A stretch of 64,000 nt of DNA, taken from IMG/VR virus record IMGVR_UViG_3300031998_000007; one strand, given 5' to 3'. The translations under genes and the position numbers were made by a program. Position 1 is the first letter of the stretch. The number at the start of each line of letters is the position of its first letter. This document shows, piece after piece, positions 19,949 to 29,848 of this stretch. The stretch is from a virus (lineage: Duplodnaviria > Heunggongvirae > Uroviricota > Caudoviricetes). Below the pieces are notes generated by a model. That model was given only the letters and a program-made list of their open reading frames with translations. It did not search any database and was not told where the DNA came from.

Positions 19949-21825
19949 TTCAACCCCGCAATCGGCTTCTCGTTTTCGAGGCCGAACGAATTGTTCACAC
20001 GCTCGGTAGCCTGGGCAATCTGTTCAAGCCACCCACCCTTGTTACCGCCGACCTTCTCGGTGGAGAAGGCGTCGACGCGGTTGTCAACGAACGCAGCCGC
20101 ACGGCGAGGAATCTTCTCCCATTCCCTCGCGGCCTTCGGGTTCTTCTCGACCACGCCCTGGACCGCCTGCCGGAGCTTCATGTAGCGTGCCGGAAGGGTG
20201 CTGCTGAAGAACTTGCCAATGGCCATCATCACGTTGCCGTCCATCGCCGGGATTACCTTCTCGTTCTTGGACGACTTCATCGCCTCCTTGAACTCGTTGA
20301 CCGTCCGGGTCACATAGTTCTCGTTGGCGAACCCGCTTGCGATGTCATGGGAATTGATCTGCTTCCTGACGTTGGAATCGTTGCTGAACGGGGAACCGCT
20401 GAACAGTCTCTCGACATGCTTGACGGCCTCGTCGCGGGTGCGGACCCACTGGCCGAAATACCATGCCTCGAACCCGCGCATGATTGCTGCCGGAGTGACC
20501 GACTTCATGCCGTTGTTCTGTTCCTTCTTCACATCGCCGGCGGTAAGATACTGGGTGATAATCGCGCCGAGCTCCGCGTCGTTGTGGTTATACTGCTCCG
20601 GCGTTACGCGGTTCATCGCAGGCGGAACCTTGCCCATCACGGCGCGGCATGCGTCCACGTCGGCACCGGAAATGCTATCAACCGAGCCAGAAATTTCCGA
20701 CGGGTTCGCATCGGCCATCACGGTCATGTATTCCCGGATAGCGTCATCGGTGTAGATGTCCCCATCGACCTGCGTATCGGCCTTGCGTGCCTGATGGCAG
20801 TCCTGGCCGAGCATGCGGTTCTTGTCCTGGTTATCTGAAAGGAGGAACTTCCAGAGCTGCTTCGCCCAGTCGTTCTCATCTCCGTTCTCGCCCTGCCCGT
20901 CAGTCTTGCCGGTACCGTTCCCGGCGCCCGTCAGGTGGGCAGTCACATACTTGCCGACAGTGGCATCATCCCCGGACATCTCGTCGGAAGAAAGCTCGTT
21001 GACCGCAGCCACGACCTTCTGGAGATGGGCGAGAATAGCCTTCTTGTCTTCATCCGTGACGGTTGCCGGATCGACAGCAACGCCGTCCTTCTGCGCCGTC
21101 TCCTGGATGAAGCGGTCGATGTCACGCTCGCCATAGAAGTCAGGCTGCATTTCCTGCGCACCGTCGTTCCTGCCGTTCTTGGCATCCGCACCGAGACCGC
21201 TATTCTTGGTCGCATCATCAGAAGTAAGATACGCCCACACGCGGTCGGGCAGAGACGCAGGCTGCGCCTGCTGTTGCTGCTTCTGCGGGGCCGGCTTCGG
21301 ACGCTTGCCGGAGATAAAGTCCCCGATGGCCTTCTTGAACTTCACGTTCAGGTTCCCCTTCGCGGAATCACCGCGGATAACGCTGACGATGGCCGACTGC
21401 AAGGAGGAATCCTTGTCCTGCTCCATGAGATCGTTGATACTCGCGGAAAGGATGGAAGCCATCAGCTTGCGCGGGCCGATAAACACCTCGCCGTCCTTGA
21501 CTTCAAGGGCCTTCGAGTTCGTCGGAGAGCCCTTCTCGTGCTCGTTGTCCGCATGGATGGTAACTCCGCCAACATCGACCGTCACGTCGAGCTTGCCGGA
21601 CCTGCGTTTCGCGGCAAGGTAGCCCCAGCCGTCGTCGGAATTCACAAAGTCGGCGAGCCAGTCGCACACCGCCTGGGACATCGCCCCGGCGTCTGGAGCC
21701 GGATCTGCCGGGGTTCCGACATCGGCCTCCACGAAGACAGGCCTTTCCCCCGCTTCGAGCAGGATGCTGTCCATTTCGAGCAGCGCACTGCCCATGTCAT
21801 AATCATATCCGTTATAGGCGCCCAT
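19945..21825 (-). CDS. Hypothetical protein with a duplicated domain; candidate internal head protein
   Basis: N-terminal LLE, LLE|A and FVE|A motifs; two ~110-aa repeats; start chosen at MGAYNG, which has a purine-rich RBS. Confidence 0.6.
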   Translation of the reverse strand: MGAYNGYDYDMGSALLEMDSILLEAGERPVFVEADVGTPADPAPDAGAMSQAVCDWLADFVNSDDGWGYLAAKRRSGKLDVTVDVGGVTIHADNEHEKGSPTNSKALEVKDGEVFIGPRKLMASILSASINDLMEQDKDSSLQSAIVSVIRGDSAKGNLNVKFKKAIGDFISGKRPKPAPQKQQQQAQPASLPDRVWAYLTSDDATKNSGLGADAKNGRNDGAQEMQPDFYGERDIDRFIQETAQKDGVAVDPATVTDEDKKAILAHLQKVVAAVNELSSDEMSGDDATVGKYVTAHLTGAGNGTGKTDGQGENGDENDWAKQLWKFLLSDNQDKNRMLGQDCHQARKADTQVDGDIYTDDAIREYMTVMADANPSEISGSVDSISGADVDACRAVMGKVPPAMNRVTPEQYNHNDAELGAIITQYLTAGDVKKEQNNGMKSVTPAAIMRGFEAWYFGQWVRTRDEAVKHVERLFSGSPFSNDSNVRKQINSHDIASGFANENYVTRTVNEFKEAMKSSKNEKVIPAMDGNVMMAIGKFFSSTLPARYMKLRQAVQGVVEKNPKAAREWEKIPRRAAAFVDNRVDAFSTEKVGGNKGGWLEQIAQATERVNNSFGLENEKPIAGLK

Positions 21826-21848
21826 CACAAATCCTTCCTCATTCAGAT

Positions 21849-22133
21849 TTAGCAAAATGGTATCAGCGCGTTTTCGTGGCAGAACTTCCTGTCGCGCTGG
21901 ACATACAGGCCAAGTTCCTTGAGCTTGCCGACAAGTCCCTTGAACGGAACCTGCACCGGCGACGACCCGTCCACGGAGACCGTCGCAGTCTCCTGTTTCG
22001 GATCATATTCAATCGTTGCACGGAGCTTCCCATCCCGTTCATACTTGGAACGGGTGAAGTCTCCCGGGCACCATCCCTGGAGGATGCCCTCGATTGTCTT
22101 GAATTTCCATAATGCGAAACGGTCAGGCGACAT
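21849..22133 (-). CDS. Hypothetical protein
   Basis: Fills the gap in a minus-strand operon with 2-nt spacing from the upstream gene. Confidence 0.55.
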   Translation of the reverse strand: MSPDRFALWKFKTIEGILQGWCPGDFTRSKYERDGKLRATIEYDPKQETATVSVDGSSPVQVPFKGLVGKLKELGLYVQRDRKFCHENALIPFC

Positions 22134-22135
22134 GG

Positions 22136-23239
22136 CTAGTCCTCCAATGCCACCCGCAGCTTGGCCAGACGCGCATCGGCGGCTCGTTTCTTGGCCTTGA
22201 CGATGTTACGCAATTTTTCCTTCTTGGCGCTCTCGGAACCCTTGACCTGGGCTTTCACGGCCTTGCGGACTTCCTTGTTGTATTCGCGCTTGGCATCGGA
22301 AACGTTACCTTCGCGGATGAACTTCTCGATGTTCGGGATGACCCTACCGACCTTGATTTCTTCGTCGTTCATGACGTTCATCGCGTTTTCACGGGCGGTC
22401 TGGCCTTCGTTCGCATACTTCACGGACGCGTCGATGTCGTCCCAGATACCATACAGGTCCTGGAACTTGTCCTTGATGTACGCAAGCAACGCCTTCGCCG
22501 ACATCGGGGACTGGTTCACCGGGCCTTCCGGCATGTAACGGTCGGCGTGCCAGTCCTTACCTTCCACGAACACAGGGACAATTTTCAGACGCCCGTCGGC
22601 GCATACGCGGACAAGCGTCTTGTGCTTCGTGTTGGCGGACCAGTTAATCGACCGGCTATCGGTTACTCCGTTATTGTCGAACTGCAGCGTAACCGTCTCG
22701 GGACACTGGAACACGATGCCCCAGTACATGTTGCTTTCCTTGGACGTATCGAGTTCGGCCAAACGGTGAGAAAAGATATACCCGTTTCGACGGCCACCCA
22801 CTTCTTCCGGCTTCGAGTTGGTATCGGATCGGAAGAAACTGTTCAGGTTCGGGCGCCCATGGTAATACTGCGTCTCGGCAATCTCACGGGCCCTGACTTC
22901 GGACTGCATCAGCTCGACATACCAGGTATCGTCCGGGTCAATCACCGGGTTCTTCGTATGGTAGAAGATGTTGAGCGTACCGTCGATGAACGAAAGCCAC
23001 GCCTTGTCAGTCGTGTTCTGGAAGTCATATCCGTTGAACCACTCCTCGTAACGCTTCTGCGCCTCGGTAGGAAGGTCCACCACGCGGACCATGCGGGCAA
23101 ACTGGCTAGGCTGATAGCCATAGTCCTTGCACTTGTAACCAATCCAGAAGTCAAGGATGATGTCCTTGTGCTCCTTCCAGTTGATCCCACCTTGCAGGTA
23201 GTTGAACAGTCGTTTGCCGGCAACCTTCTTTGATTTCAT
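22136..23239 (-). CDS. Hypothetical protein with a basic C-terminal coiled coil
   Basis: 367-aa ORF; AT-rich motif AATTTGTATTTTT upstream (~23260-23272). Confidence 0.7.
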   Translation of the reverse strand: MKSKKVAGKRLFNYLQGGINWKEHKDIILDFWIGYKCKDYGYQPSQFARMVRVVDLPTEAQKRYEEWFNGYDFQNTTDKAWLSFIDGTLNIFYHTKNPVIDPDDTWYVELMQSEVRAREIAETQYYHGRPNLNSFFRSDTNSKPEEVGGRRNGYIFSHRLAELDTSKESNMYWGIVFQCPETVTLQFDNNGVTDSRSINWSANTKHKTLVRVCADGRLKIVPVFVEGKDWHADRYMPEGPVNQSPMSAKALLAYIKDKFQDLYGIWDDIDASVKYANEGQTARENAMNVMNDEEIKVGRVIPNIEKFIREGNVSDAKREYNKEVRKAVKAQVKGSESAKKEKLRNIVKAKKRAADARLAKLRVALED

Positions 23240-23291
23240 CTAGCAGTACCACCCAATCGAAAAATACAAATTTAAACTTCGGAACCCATGA

Positions 23292-23825
23292 CTACTCCGA
23301 TGTCGATGAGGACGAGGATGCCGCGCTGCTGGAATCCCCGCCAACGTAGGTACTCACGGGAACGTTATACCCGTCGCGGCCCGAGAACGGCCCGACCTTG
23401 TTCGGATATACCTGGCTCGCGTTCGCCAATTCCATCGGCTGCTTGATGTGCGACTGTGCGCGTTCCATCATCTTCCTGATCGGAATCGACGTCAGGTGCG
23501 TAGGCTTCTTGAACTTCGGGTGTTCCCAGTTCTTCGGGTCAATCTGCCCGCTCTGGTCCTTCATCGACGGCGCGGGCTGGTTGGGATTAGTATAAGACTT
23601 TCCCGTGCAGTCGTTCCCGTCAACCGCCCCCGACGGAGTGAGGATGTTGAGCATGTCGGAATACCCCCAGACCATGGCGTTCGCACGCATGGAGTCCGGG
23701 ACCCTCAACGGGGGAGGGGCACAGTTTTCAAGATACGTCTGGTATCTCCGGCAAACGTTGTCGTAGCATTCCTCACCGAGCTTGCCGCGCACCGTTTCGA
23801 GGAATGTCTCGAAACTCGACGGCAT
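23292..23825 (-). CDS. Hypothetical protein, candidate internal head protein
   Basis: FLET...YLEN leader and Ser-rich tail; in the late operon starting at 24245. Confidence 0.6.
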   Translation of the reverse strand: MPSSFETFLETVRGKLGEECYDNVCRRYQTYLENCAPPPLRVPDSMRANAMVWGYSDMLNILTPSGAVDGNDCTGKSYTNPNQPAPSMKDQSGQIDPKNWEHPKFKKPTHLTSIPIRKMMERAQSHIKQPMELANASQVYPNKVGPFSGRDGYNVPVSTYVGGDSSSAASSSSSTSE

Positions 23826-23827
23826 AA

Positions 23828-24220
23828 CTAGGCCTGCTGTTGCTGTTCGTTCTTCTCGGTAGTCACCGAGTTGGTGATGTCGGCAGCCGTCTTGGCGGCA
23901 TCGGCGACAGCCTTGTCGGCATCGGCGAGCTTCGCCTCGTTCTCGGCGCGTTCAGAAATTTCCGTCGACTTGTCAACGGCTTCCTTCGCCTCGGCAGCGG
24001 CATCCTGTGTTGCACCAAGGTTGGTCACCGCAGTAGCGATTTCCTTCGCCTTGTCACCGCTCACATCGGCCATCTCGGTAGGGAGCGACGTAGTTTCGGT
24101 CCCCTCGGCGCCAACACCCTCGAAAATAGCCCTTGCGCCCTTCTCGAAAGCCTCGGCAAGGATATTGTCATCGGCAATGTCGGCCTTGGTGGCCGCAATC
24201 ATCTGGTCCAATTCGTTCAT
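23828..24220 (-). CDS. Small acidic A/E-rich putative internal head protein
   Basis: Leader MNELDQMI...ARAIFE|G. Confidence 0.65.
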   Translation of the reverse strand: MNELDQMIAATKADIADDNILAEAFEKGARAIFEGVGAEGTETTSLPTEMADVSGDKAKEIATAVTNLGATQDAAAEAKEAVDKSTEISERAENEAKLADADKAVADAAKTAADITNSVTTEKNEQQQQA

Positions 24221-24244
24221 TTCATTTGTCTCCGTAATTACCCA

Positions 24245-24275
24245 TAGTTTATAGCCGGAGCGCCGCTATAAACTA
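24245..24275. promoter_or_regulatory. Divergent pair of TATAAACTA late promoters (24245-24253 minus, 24267-24275 plus)
   Basis: Two exact inverted copies between divergent genes. Confidence 0.8.
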
Positions 24276-24298
24276 TGTCAAAAGCACTTGGCAACACA

Positions 24299-24937
24299 AT
24301 GAATGAACTTGCACCGTTCTTCAAAGACATCCGGCAGGATTGCCCCGATGTCCCCCTCGTAGAAGCGACAATCAAGGCCGCAATGGCAATCTTCGAAGCC
24401 GAAGGTGACGGCAGCGTCCCGGCGACGGAAACAGATGCCCCGGCAGACACCACAGCAGATCCGGCAACGGAAACCGCCGATGCCCCCGCGACCGAACCCG
24501 CCTCAGACGACCCCAATGCGGTCGATACAAGCCTACCGGCGGACGATGCCGGTCTCGGCGGCATGGACGCCGGGGCAGACCTTGGCGGTGGCGACATTTC
24601 CACGGACGACGCGGCTGCACCAGACGATACCGCAGCGCAGGACACGGTTGACGCACCCCCTCCGACCGGAGACGAAACGCCTGGCGCAGTAAACCAGGAA
24701 CAGGTCCCGGCAATGCCCACGGAAGAAATCGTCACCAAGTTCGTGCAGTCGGGTGCAGTCCGCGAAGCCCAGGACGAGATGGTCCAGACAAAGGACACCG
24801 ACAATTTCGAGTTTGCCAAGAAAATCGCCGCACGCCTAGCCAAATTCTGCAAGGACAACCAGATCACCACGCTCGGCGTAAAGGAAGGCGCCCGGATAGC
24901 ACAGGCGCTCGCCAAGAAATACGGGGAAAAGAAGTAA
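24299..24937 (+). CDS. Acidic low-complexity putative internal head/core protein
   Basis: Leader MNELAPFF...AMAIFE|A; D/A/P/T-rich body; the ATG at 24275 lies within the promoter, so 24299 is preferred. Confidence 0.65.
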   Translation: MNELAPFFKDIRQDCPDVPLVEATIKAAMAIFEAEGDGSVPATETDAPADTTADPATETADAPATEPASDDPNAVDTSLPADDAGLGGMDAGADLGGGDISTDDAAAPDDTAAQDTVDAPPPTGDETPGAVNQEQVPAMPTEEIVTKFVQSGAVREAQDEMVQTKDTDNFEFAKKIAARLAKFCKDNQITTLGVKEGARIAQALAKKYGEKK

Positions 24938-24941
24938 CAGC

Positions 24942-25604
24942 ATGGAAAACATAAAGGGGATAATCGCGCTGACTTCGTGGAAAGCCCGCATCAAGGGAGT
25001 GGGCCTCACGATTTTCAGCATACTGAAACACTGCAAGGGCTTCAAGGTAGTCCTCACCCTGTCCGACGAGGAGTTCCCGCGGAAAGAAGCCGAGCTACCG
25101 GCTGACCTGCAAGCGCTCGCGAAGACCGGTGTCGTCCAGATACTCTGGGTCCACAAGAACTACAAGCCCTACAAGAAAATCATCTTCGCAATGAAGGCCT
25201 ACCCGGACCTCCCCATCATAAGCGCGGATGACGACTGCCTATACAAATATGACTACGCGGGGGAACTCTACAACAAGTGGAAACAAAACCCCGGCTGTAT
25301 CATCGCGCAGACCGTAGGCGACGGGATCCCCTGGGGATATGCGACCCTGCATCCGCCCGGAGCATACAACCCCTACATATTCGCGGCAATCGCTGACTAC
25401 TGCCTGTCTCGTCAGTCATACCACGACGATCTGCTCTACCACCTGTATGCGAAGCGGAAGGGCATCAAGATTCTCTCGATGTTCCATGAAGTCCCGCACG
25501 TCGTCCAGTTCCACAACGGCGCATGCGGTCTCGTCAACGAGCGCCTGAAACACCACAACGACTGGCGGGTAATGAACGAGGCGTTCGCGAAATTCTTCGG
25601 CTAG
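24942..25604 (+). CDS. GT-A glycosyltransferase-like protein (paralogue of 17504..18199)
   Basis: IIALTSWKARI, VQILW, YKK, IISADDDC, HDD. Confidence 0.7.
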   Translation: MENIKGIIALTSWKARIKGVGLTIFSILKHCKGFKVVLTLSDEEFPRKEAELPADLQALAKTGVVQILWVHKNYKPYKKIIFAMKAYPDLPIISADDDCLYKYDYAGELYNKWKQNPGCIIAQTVGDGIPWGYATLHPPGAYNPYIFAAIADYCLSRQSYHDDLLYHLYAKRKGIKILSMFHEVPHVVQFHNGACGLVNERLKHHNDWRVMNEAFAKFFG

Positions 25605-26578
25605 TCCTCGAACCACTCGCCGCGTTCACACTTGCTTGGCGACCATCCTATCGGGTGGTTGCCTTTTACGTTGCAGTGACGGCAGAACGGATGCGGCAGC
25701 CGGGAAAGAACAAGGACCTCGTCGGGATGTTCAACCTCGCGCAAGTCTATCCGGTCATAGCATGTCGCTTGCAAGTTCAACCCGAACGCGGCATTGGGAT
25801 ATTGAAGATATGAGACCGGACTGCACAGATACAGGTAGTTTCCGATTAGGGTAGGGCAGTTGGCCATGTAGCAGTCGGTCTTCCCGGTGGCCGGATATTT
25901 CGGGTCGACGCTCTTCAAGTAAGAAGTGAACTCCGGCGGATTGGTCCCGAACTGAACAAAGGGGAAGTGATGGGTCTCGCTGTCCTTGCGGGCAATCTCG
26001 ATTACGCGCCGGTTGACCTCCCCGTAACAGCTATACCCGAGGGCCGTGCCCGTCTGGGGCAGCAAATCCCTGAACACCCCTCGCCACCTGCCATACAGCA
26101 GCATGTTGGAGACCACATAACGTTCACGATCCGGGAAGATTTCCCGGGTGTCCCGGATAATTGCCTCCAGGCCACGGTGCAACAGCGGCTCCCCGCCAAT
26201 GAGGAATACCGTAAACACGATGTCCCCGCATGCCCGTTTCAGCAGTTCCATCGAGGCAGCAATGTCCTCGCGGTCAAGAAACGGGGCGGAAGCCGCTATG
26301 GGGGCGAAATGCGAACATGACTTGCATGCAAGGTTGCACCGGTCGGTTATCGGGACATCAACCTTGATACGCGGCCACGTTTCAATCTGCGCCGGGACTG
26401 TCGGAACCTTGCCGACGGACCGCCAAAGCGCACCGCGAATTTCGGAAACCAATCTGACCGCGCCCGGAAAGTTCTCTTCCAACGCATCCAGCAGACCATA
26501 AAGAACCCCGGCGGTTTCCGGGGCATTGACTAGGCGAACATATCCTTCCACATCGAAACGCATCATTCCTCTATACAT
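25601..26578 (-). CDS. Radical SAM protein with a Cys-rich C-terminal extension
   Basis: CNLACKSCSH (CxxxCxxC), GGEPLLH; C-terminal C...C...C and FCRHC. Confidence 0.9.
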   Translation of the reverse strand: MYRGMMRFDVEGYVRLVNAPETAGVLYGLLDALEENFPGAVRLVSEIRGALWRSVGKVPTVPAQIETWPRIKVDVPITDRCNLACKSCSHFAPIAASAPFLDREDIAASMELLKRACGDIVFTVFLIGGEPLLHRGLEAIIRDTREIFPDRERYVVSNMLLYGRWRGVFRDLLPQTGTALGYSCYGEVNRRVIEIARKDSETHHFPFVQFGTNPPEFTSYLKSVDPKYPATGKTDCYMANCPTLIGNYLYLCSPVSYLQYPNAAFGLNLQATCYDRIDLREVEHPDEVLVLSRLPHPFCRHCNVKGNHPIGWSPSKCERGEWFED

Positions 26579-28038
26579 TTAAGCCGCAAGGTGATACCGC
26601 CGGACGAGTTAATCTCGAACGTGAGTTTCTTGCCGTTGCTAAGCTCAAATATAGCTTTTAAATACGTCTTTGAGGTATTGGTCGCAACCGTGGCAGGATA
26701 ATTGTACCAGTAATAGAACGTAGTGTTGTCACCAACCGGGATGTCAAACGCAGTAGTAATAGTTTTCGTATTGTCGCGTTCCCAAGTGTCACCACCGTAC
26801 TGCGTTTTCGCCTTCGCTACCATGGTCAGTTTGTTTACCCTTATGGTGCTACCGGTCGCTGACCGCAAACGAATCATGGGCCCGTTATACTCACACTTGG
26901 CCCTGATATTCAATCCGCCCACATTACTAAACAGTTCATCTTCGCGTTCGCTGGGCTGCATGGAAATAGATGCAGTCTGGACATTATCCATATAGCCGTC
27001 ATTGTCATAAATCCAGCCGTTACCCTTCGTGCCATAGAACAGGAACGCATAGTCAAGATCAACATGGAGCGTGGCCCCGGGTGCGTCAGACTTATAGGTA
27101 AACCCGGAAAGGTCAAGCCCCACAGTAGGCGCAGTCGTAGAAATATACGATGTCTGCGATTCACTACTCTGCATGTCAAACCGCATGTATGCAAGCATCT
27201 TGCCATCGGACGGGCACGTTGACGGGAACGCATCCTTATCGGTGAAACGAGTGCACCTAAACCAATCGCTATTGTTCGGATCGCTCAAAAATTTATGCCA
27301 TGACGTACTGGAGCTCTCTTGCTGGCTACCCGTGTCCCAGACATAAAGCGGCCAAGTTCCGGTGCCGTGCATCATCCCCATGGTGCCATGGTTAATATCG
27401 GTATAGAACTTGACCGGGTTGCTGTAATTCGGCGTGTAGCCAGTCGGAAGGTTTCGTATATCCGTATGGAACAAGTAATGTGCGGAAACATATCTAGTCG
27501 CATTGGATATACGATCAAGCCCCCAGAACTTAAACGTCATGGAGTTCGAAATCTGGTTATTCGACGTCATTGCATAAGCACCGCCACCGTATGCAATCGA
27601 CGGGACCACCGCATCGCCATTCCCGGTAAACCCCTTTGCAGTATAATCGCTTATTCCAGCCAGTGAAACAACAACATCCGCATACGGGGACGGGTAACCT
27701 TGTCCACCAGCAGGACAAGGATATTTCAGCATCCAGGTCATCTGCGAACTGGCACTCACAATGAGATTATTGGACGAATCGCGCTGAAACTCTATCCACG
27801 AACGATTGGCCTGCGAAGCCGTTGCGTTCTTGTATATAACACCCGCGGCACCAAAATTATCAGTTTCGGGCCGGTTAAATGCTATATACTGTTTCAGCAT
27901 CGGGTCACCCAAAATACCCAAATACGGGAATGACAGATGAGCGTCAGCTTGCCCAGAATGATTGGTCAATACTGTCCGAAGCCGGTCATTGACTACCGGC
28001 ACAAATGGACGTTCATCGTCATAAACTATACCACTCAA
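26563..28038 (-). CDS. Hypothetical fibre-associated/receptor-binding protein
   Basis: S/T/Y-rich with lower GC; follows a tail fibre gene; TTG start. Confidence 0.55.
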   Translation of the reverse strand: MSGIVYDDERPFVPVVNDRLRTVLTNHSGQADAHLSFPYLGILGDPMLKQYIAFNRPETDNFGAAGVIYKNATASQANRSWIEFQRDSSNNLIVSASSQMTWMLKYPCPAGGQGYPSPYADVVVSLAGISDYTAKGFTGNGDAVVPSIAYGGGAYAMTSNNQISNSMTFKFWGLDRISNATRYVSAHYLFHTDIRNLPTGYTPNYSNPVKFYTDINHGTMGMMHGTGTWPLYVWDTGSQQESSSTSWHKFLSDPNNSDWFRCTRFTDKDAFPSTCPSDGKMLAYMRFDMQSSESQTSYISTTAPTVGLDLSGFTYKSDAPGATLHVDLDYAFLFYGTKGNGWIYDNDGYMDNVQTASISMQPSEREDELFSNVGGLNIRAKCEYNGPMIRLRSATGSTIRVNKLTMVAKAKTQYGGDTWERDNTKTITTAFDIPVGDNTTFYYWYNYPATVATNTSKTYLKAIFELSNGKKLTFEINSSGGITLRLKCIEE

Positions 28039-28049
28039 AATCGCCTCGC

Positions 28050-29813
28050 CTACAACATGTAAATCGTGTTTCGCTCGTTGCCATAAGTTCCCGATATGTC
28101 GATTGGATACAAGGTCATCTCACGCGCATTCATCGTATTCGTACCTCGAATTGATGAACAGTTCACCAAATCCAGCTTTACCAGGTTGCTCGTCACAGAC
28201 ACGCCAGCAAATGAAGCACCCCACCCATTATTAGGATCGAAGAAATAATCCTGCAAATAGCACCTAGCCGACACCCCGGTTGGAGATGTATACACCATTC
28301 GTCCGTTGCGGACCATTTTCGATATTTTATCGTAAATTTCAGAATGGTACGATTCAAAATTCTCCACACTCACCTCATGCACCTGTCCAGGAATGTTACG
28401 CCACTGCACGCCAAGCAGCGGGGGTCTGCTGTTATTGTATTCCACCATTGCGACCACACGGTCCATCTCGTCCGCATACGTCCGTCCATCCTGATCCAGT
28501 TCCATAATAGGAATTAGTGATGTCGTAACAGGCGGAAGCATAAATCCAATCGGTGTCTTGGAAGTCCCCAATGTAACTTGCGGACCGTCATAATCAATGC
28601 CGGTCTTTTGGATAATGGTCATCGGGTAATCGTCGGTCGCCAGAATAGGCGACATTTCCGTTTCGTTTTCATACCGAACCGGCCCCTTCTTTACCGTCAA
28701 CCGGCCTTCATAATTGGTTACGACAAACGCACTGTTGACCCCTTCCAACGACTGCGAAAACACCGGAATTTGTAATCCGGCAAAATCCAAGAACCATCCA
28801 CCCGTTGCCGCATCATACGTCGCTTCAAGCAACGCATCGCCTGTGTTTGCGTTCGTCTTCGTGTATGACCGCTGGCTGCTCCCGCTCACGGACGACGTGA
28901 ACGGGAAATAGAACGACATCGTATCGGACACACCAGTCTTGGTTCCAACCCCAACAGTGTTCTTCGTATCGGTGTCCGTCCACGGAACCGCCACATAGGC
29001 ATCGCCACTGGAATTTACCTTGACAGCATATTCCTTGGCGCCGGAAGCCGGAGAATAGTTCAAACGGATCAGGCCCAAGGCCGAGCTGCTTGCCTTCGTT
29101 GCCGGAATCTTTATCGTGCGGTCAGTCATCTTAGTCACATGGCCAAGCGCGTCGCTCTCGATCTGAGAAATGGTTACCGTATCACCAAATCCCGGTGTCG
29201 CGTTTGCGGTCGGCTTTCCCGTATAGGCGGTATGACTCGGATGCTGATAGACCTGAACGTCAGTCCCATCAACAGTGACATTTCCGTTAGTGCTCGATGC
29301 TACAACGGAATGAACTGCGCTATGACCCTCGTCATACGCCTGCTTCACCGCATAGGCGGTAGCAGCCAACGAATGACTGCTTGAATTGGTCGCATCCGAT
29401 AATTGGACGACACCCTTTGCCGATGTGCTCGCATCGGGAACTTTCTTCCATTCACGAGTGATTACACCCTGCCGGTCCTGTGTCACATTGGAAACGAACG
29501 TGAAATCAGAAGTCGTAGCAACCGTGCCGGATGCACCGCCCTCCACCGGGTTCTGTGTATCTTTCTTTCCAGAAAGGCTTTCAGTCAAATTGGCAATGTC
29601 GGAAATGCCCGGTATAACAGCCTTGGGAACGAGGTTCCCGTTTTCGGTCGCAATGTGCGTCATGAAATAATGATCGCCAAGCCGGGGACCCGATAGACTG
29701 TCTACACCAATGTTCGTGCGGGCGCGGCTTTTCTTGCTGTCATCATAATACCCGGCGTCCTGTTGCGTATTGAACAAGACCGACGGTATAAAATTCTTTG
29801 GATCATCCGCCAT
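28050..29813 (-). CDS. Tail fibre protein
   Basis: DASTSAKGVVQLSDATNS...AATAYAVKQAYD tail-fibre repeat; ARTNIG, YQHP, AYVAVPWTDT. Confidence 0.85.
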   Translation of the reverse strand: MADDPKNFIPSVLFNTQQDAGYYDDSKKSRARTNIGVDSLSGPRLGDHYFMTHIATENGNLVPKAVIPGISDIANLTESLSGKKDTQNPVEGGASGTVATTSDFTFVSNVTQDRQGVITREWKKVPDASTSAKGVVQLSDATNSSSHSLAATAYAVKQAYDEGHSAVHSVVASSTNGNVTVDGTDVQVYQHPSHTAYTGKPTANATPGFGDTVTISQIESDALGHVTKMTDRTIKIPATKASSSALGLIRLNYSPASGAKEYAVKVNSSGDAYVAVPWTDTDTKNTVGVGTKTGVSDTMSFYFPFTSSVSGSSQRSYTKTNANTGDALLEATYDAATGGWFLDFAGLQIPVFSQSLEGVNSAFVVTNYEGRLTVKKGPVRYENETEMSPILATDDYPMTIIQKTGIDYDGPQVTLGTSKTPIGFMLPPVTTSLIPIMELDQDGRTYADEMDRVVAMVEYNNSRPPLLGVQWRNIPGQVHEVSVENFESYHSEIYDKISKMVRNGRMVYTSPTGVSARCYLQDYFFDPNNGWGASFAGVSVTSNLVKLDLVNCSSIRGTNTMNAREMTLYPIDISGTYGNERNTIYML

Positions 29814-29839
29814 CGCTAAACCTACACATTCTTCTACCC

Positions 29840-29848
29840 TAGTTTATA
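29840..29848 (-). promoter_or_regulatory. Putative late promoter TATAAACTA
   Basis: Exact motif overlapping the upstream stop codon, about 26 nt before the ATG at 29813. Confidence 0.75.

Noticed and set aside
28020-28029. CATAAACTA on the plus strand
   Set aside because: It is an imperfect match inside a gene on the antisense strand, with no downstream ORF.
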